Shown piece by piece: positions 60,501-64,000 of a stretch of DNA of 64,000 nt; the first letter of the stretch is position 1, and every line of letters begins with the position of its first letter. The stretch covers positions 94,178,001-94,242,000 of the forward strand of contig CM069134.1 of assembly GCA_035221665.1 (NCBI GenBank). The letters are read 5' to 3'. The notes under the pieces are model-generated. The model ran no database searches and was not told the origin of the DNA. It saw nothing but the letters and a program-made list of their open reading frames with translations. This DNA is from Okamejei kenojei. Lineage: Eukaryota. Both the position numbers and the translations under genes were made by a program.

Positions 60501-60665
60501 TCTCAATTTATGGTTGCCCTTCAAACCAGGATGAAGTGAACTCTAATGATTGTAAGGAGGAGAAGATGCATGTGGATTTTATGAGCAGGCTTCTTTACCT
60601 GAACAACTTGGAAGAAGACTTGTGTTCCCTGGATTTATCATCTTTTTCAGAGACCTACTCCTGTG
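48486..60665 (+). CDS. CAGE1: Divergent gene, 5' part (4 exons, 155 codons, incomplete); probable cancer-associated gene 1 orthologue
   Basis: Exons 48486-48526, 53231-53316, 58523-58725 and 60530-60665 have canonical sites and splice into one stop-free frame (MESTDRETENGYKCVNEMQ...LGMSDEKF...ELAQDEVNS...YSC). The name rests on the known head-to-head RIOK1/CAGE1 synteny, not on recognisable motifs. Confidence 0.55.
49810..51135 (-). mobile_element. Non-coding LINE-tailed element, itself split by a minus-strand CR1 3' end (50438-50972)
   Basis: (caaaga)n tail, GC-rich body, inner CR1 flanked by gtag. Confidence 0.6.
51576..52225 (+). mobile_element. Rex1/Babar-like LINE 3' end
   Basis: FLGTIISKDLKW...AQQRIYFLRQLRK...ESVLTFSIMVWFG, AATAAA and (attc/atta)n tail. 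Confidence 0.8.
53231..53316 (+). CDS. Divergent gene exon 2
   Basis: actttttcag acceptor, AAG|gtaagg donor, phases fit both neighbours. Confidence 0.55.
53900..56261. mobile_element. Non-autonomous DNA transposon, imperfect 17-bp TIR, 5-bp TSD (hAT5-like)
   Basis: CAGGGCTCAAAATTAAC / GTTAAGTGAGAGACCTG, ataat on both sides, subterminal GGCAAC/GTTGCC/ACCTAAA repeats at both ends. Confidence 0.75.
54560..55280. repeat. Minisatellite, about 24-26 bp unit (atcctgtactgatccccccccatt)
   Basis: Many tandem copies inside the hAT5-like element. Confidence 0.95.
56294..57240. mobile_element. CR1 fragments: minus-strand 3' end (56294-56785) and plus-strand ORF2 piece (56790-57240)
   Basis: KSPGPD, PEDWR, NYRPISLTS, QHGF. 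Confidence 0.85.
58523..58725 (+). CDS. Divergent gene exon 3
   Basis: ttttgtag acceptor, CAG|gtaaga donor, open frame, alternative in-frame ATG at 58543. Confidence 0.7.
60020..60332 (-). mobile_element. HE1/V-SINE (tRNA head, V domain, CR1-type tail)
   Basis: Minus strand reads gcacagtggcgcactggtagag...GGGTGCTCCGGTTTCCTCCCACA, with an (aaact)n tail. Confidence 0.8.
60530..60665 (+). CDS. Divergent gene exon 4
   Basis: aaccag acceptor, G|gtaagt donor, open frame DEVNSND...TYSC. Confidence 0.7.
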
Positions 60666-60889
60666 GTAAGTTTACTGATCCAATGACAGTTTCCCAGTAT
60701 GAGAAAGCACTCCTTTTTCATGAAATGTAATACATCTGCATAGCTGACTTCTTAGCATGTATAGAACTGGAATTTGTAGGTCCTGGGGTTTGATCCCTGG
60801 TGTATTAACCTGGCTCCACAAAACAGTACAGCATAGGAACAGGTCCACATTGTTTGTGCTGAACATGGTGCCAAGTTAAACTGATCTCA

Positions 60890-61533
60890 GATGAGCCAAA
60901 ATTCCAGAATAATTCAGCAGGACAGGCATCATCTCTAGAGAGAGGGAATGGATGGCATTTTGGGTCGAGACCCTTCTTCAGACTGAGTCAGGGGAGAGGG
61001 AGACTAGAGATATGGAAGGGTAAGATGTGAAAATGACATATTAAAGCTGACGATGATCAAGGAAATGTAGAATGAGTCATTGTTAGCTGTGGGGAAGATG
61101 ACAACGAGGCATACAATCAGTAAAATTAATCAGGAGAACAGTGAACGAGTTGGAGAACTAGGATGGGAGAGGGGCAGAGAGAGAGGGAAAGCAGGGGTTT
61201 CTTGAAGTTAGAGAAATCAATATTCATACTGCTGGATTATAAGCCCAAGCAAAATATCAGGTGCTGTTCCTCCAATTTGCATTGGGCCTCACTGACATGG
61301 TGGAGGCCTAGGACAGACATGGCAGTATGGCAGTGGGAGGGGGAGCTAAAGCGTTTAGCAACCGGGAGATTGCCAAGGCCTAGGCGAACTGAGAGGAGGT
61401 GTTCAGCAAAATGATCGCTGAGCCTGCGCTTGGTCTCGCCGATATATAGGAGTCCACACCCAGATACAGAAGATGTGGTTGGAGGATGTGCATGTGAACA
61501 TCTGCCTCACCTGGAAAGGATTGTCGGGTTCCC
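60890..61533 (-). mobile_element. Penelope-like element 3' part (GIY-YIG plus hammerhead-type repeat), 11-bp TSD
   Basis: [38 protein letters not shown] aactgatctca at 60879-60889 and 61534-61544. Confidence 0.88.
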
Positions 61534-62350
61534 AACTGATCTCATCTGCCTGTATATGATCCATATCCATCTATTCCCTGTTACATCCTTATTGCCTATG
61601 TAAAATCCTCTTAAACACCACTATCATTTCTGCCTCCCCCACCATCTCTGGGAATGTGTTCCAGGCACCCACTACTCTCTGCGTAAAATAAAACTTGCCC
61701 TACAAATCTCCATTAAACTTCCCCCCTCCCCCTCACCTTAAAGCTATGCCCTCTAGTGTTGGAAATTTCCACCCTGGAAAAATGGTTCTGACAGCTACCC
61801 TATCTATGCCTCTTATTTTATATACTTCTATCGTCACCCCTCAACCTCCGACATTCCAGAGAAATCAATCCAAGTCTATCCAACTCCCTGTAGCTGAATC
61901 TAATCCAGGCAGCATTCTGGTGCACCTTCTCTGCACCCTCTCCAAAGTCTCCACATCTTTCTTGTATTGGGGCGACCAGAACTGCTTGCTGTACTCTAAA
62001 TGTGGCCTGACTATAGACCTACAGAGCTGCATCATGGCTTCCTGGCTCTTGTATTCAATCACCTCGCAATGAAGGCAAGTACACCATACACTTCTTTACC
62101 ACCCTATCTACTTGTGCTGTCACCTTCAATGGAACTTGGACTCCAAGGTACCTCTGCACATCATTGCTGTTAAGGGTTTTGCCATTAACTCTACATTCTC
62201 CCCTTACATTCAACCTCCCAACATGCAACACACTTGCTTAAGTTAAACTCCATCTGCCATTTCTCCACCTATTTTTGCAGCTGATCAATATCCCGCTATA
62301 TCTTCTGACTGCATTACAACTCCTCCGATTTTGGTGTCGTCAGCAAACAT
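61534..62350 (-). mobile_element. CR1 3' fragment (its tail lies at 60828-60889)
   Basis: FADDTKIGG, RPHLEY..QFWSP, LERVQRR. Confidence 0.85.
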
Positions 62351-64000
62351 GCCCACCATCTGATGGGAGTACAGCTGGAATTTTGTTTTAAAGAGGGGTG
62401 GAGTCCTGGTTTCATCAGATAAAGTGACTCCTGCTGGAAAATATACACATTTGCATAAACAGTGCATCAGATTAGGTACGATTGTCATGGTTTGCAAATA
62501 ACCTACCAACGTTCATTTACTAGATTAAGGGGTGATTATTGATAACTTGCTCCAATTGTAAGGGGTGCATTGCTGCCAAAATTTGTCATTGTCCTTCAGT
62601 CAGTGCAGGAGAATATTTAAAAAATTGGCAGGAATTTGAAACAAACCAAAAATTAGCCAATTTATCCAAGAGAAGGTTATGTTTAAAGACAAACTTAGTT
62701 ACTGGCTGATCTGTGGCATTGATGGCAGTAAGTTTCACGTTATAGTGTTTTATAATCATAGATCTAAGTCTGTAACACCCAATGCATCATATCATATGGA
62801 TCATGTGTTTAAGAAACTTATCCCCAGTCATGCAGTCAAAATACTTAAACAACTATGCCACTGTTTCAGTTTCAGCTTAGTTTATTGTCACGTGTACCGC
62901 GGTACAGTGAAAAGCTTTTTGTTGCGTGCTAACCAGTCAGCAGAAAGACAATACATGATTCGTGATTACAATCAATCCATTTACAGTGTATGATTAGGGA
63001 ATAACGTTTCCATTTACAGTACGTGATTAGGGAATAACATTTAGATAAGGGAATAATATTATTATAAATATGCCCACTCTAATTAAACAATAGACCAACA
63101 CCTCTGATGATATGTGATGTTGGACATGTATTTGTTCATCATAGCAGGACTGTTCCTTTTTAATGAATAGCAGAGGTAAGTCATATGAAATAATTTAAGA
63201 AATCTGGATTTAAGGCTCCCTTCTATTGAAAGGTGCCAGTCAGTGTCGGGGTGTGGCCCAGGAATAGAAGGGTGCAGATGGGGAATGTTTGAAAGTCCAA
63301 ATAGCCTATTTTCATAATGACTGGAAAATGGTCATGTTTAAACAGCAGAATATATATATTTAAACTATAATAAAATATGTTTAAACTTTTTTTCATCAAT
63401 CATTTCTTGTTTTGTGTGTAGAGGGCATAATTTCACATTATGGAAAATCATAATATGGTCCATTTTGTTGCCATTCAGCCCCCCCACCCCTCCCGGGATA
63501 TGGAGATTGCATGTATTCCTAACGTGTCTGAATAAGGTTTCAGAAATTTGTATTGCTGGTGAAAAGAGCAGAAGGAATATTAGTTCAGGCAAATTATAAC
63601 AATCCGTTTGAATTTGTCACAAACAAAACCACACTTTGCAAAATCGATTACAGATCTGATGTCCAATATTTGACTGATTCAAAGTCAGACATCAGAAAAT
63701 GGGACATTTCTGGAAGTCTGGCAGGTCACTGGTTTACCGGGTTTTGCCTATTCACTTTGCTCTAATTCAAAGTTGGTCCTGTGTCGTGAGTTGACCTGAC
63801 ACCAAATGCTTGACCTTACTTTGGAAACAGAAAGCAGAAAGAATATTCGGCAAGTACAAAAAAAAGTCTGTTTCCAAACTTTAGAATGACACTGTCCAAT
63901 TTTAAATGTGAACTTGAGCATGCTCTCAATCGCAAAGCTGCCAAATTTTGGACGTCAGAGCAAAATGCTACCTGGCTCCATTTTTGTAGTCGCCGTTAAA

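Noticed and set aside
63590-63724. Candidate fifth exon of the divergent gene (ANYNNPFEF...)
   Set aside because: Open only in phase 0. After the phase-1 exon 4 it hits TAA at once, and the splice sites are weak.

Overview
Vertebrate nuclear DNA, most likely from a cartilaginous fish (skate or ray), inferred from the HE1/V-SINE and CR1 repeat content. The minus strand carries a complete 17-exon RIOK1 gene: CDS 46834 down to 1035, 1680 nt including stop, 559 aa, with all introns GT-AG and phase-consistent. A divergent plus-strand gene starts 1.65 kb away. Four of its exons splice into one open frame, and it is probably CAGE1 by synteny. The introns hold many retroelements: a DIRS tyrosine-recombinase retrotransposon with intact termini, three Gypsy LTR elements, CR1/Rex1/RTE LINE pieces, Penelope fragments and many short Penelope-derived repeats carrying a hammerhead-ribozyme-like core. 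They also hold non-autonomous DNA transposons with TA, 5-, 6- and 8-bp target duplications. The 3' end of an env-bearing ERV sits just past the RIOK1 poly(A) signal. There are two assembly gaps. I see no wholly new protein system. The best leads are the ribozyme-bearing mini-retroelements, a repeat insertion that may have created an intron in the RIOK1 5' UTR, and a P-like element with a possible THAP remnant.
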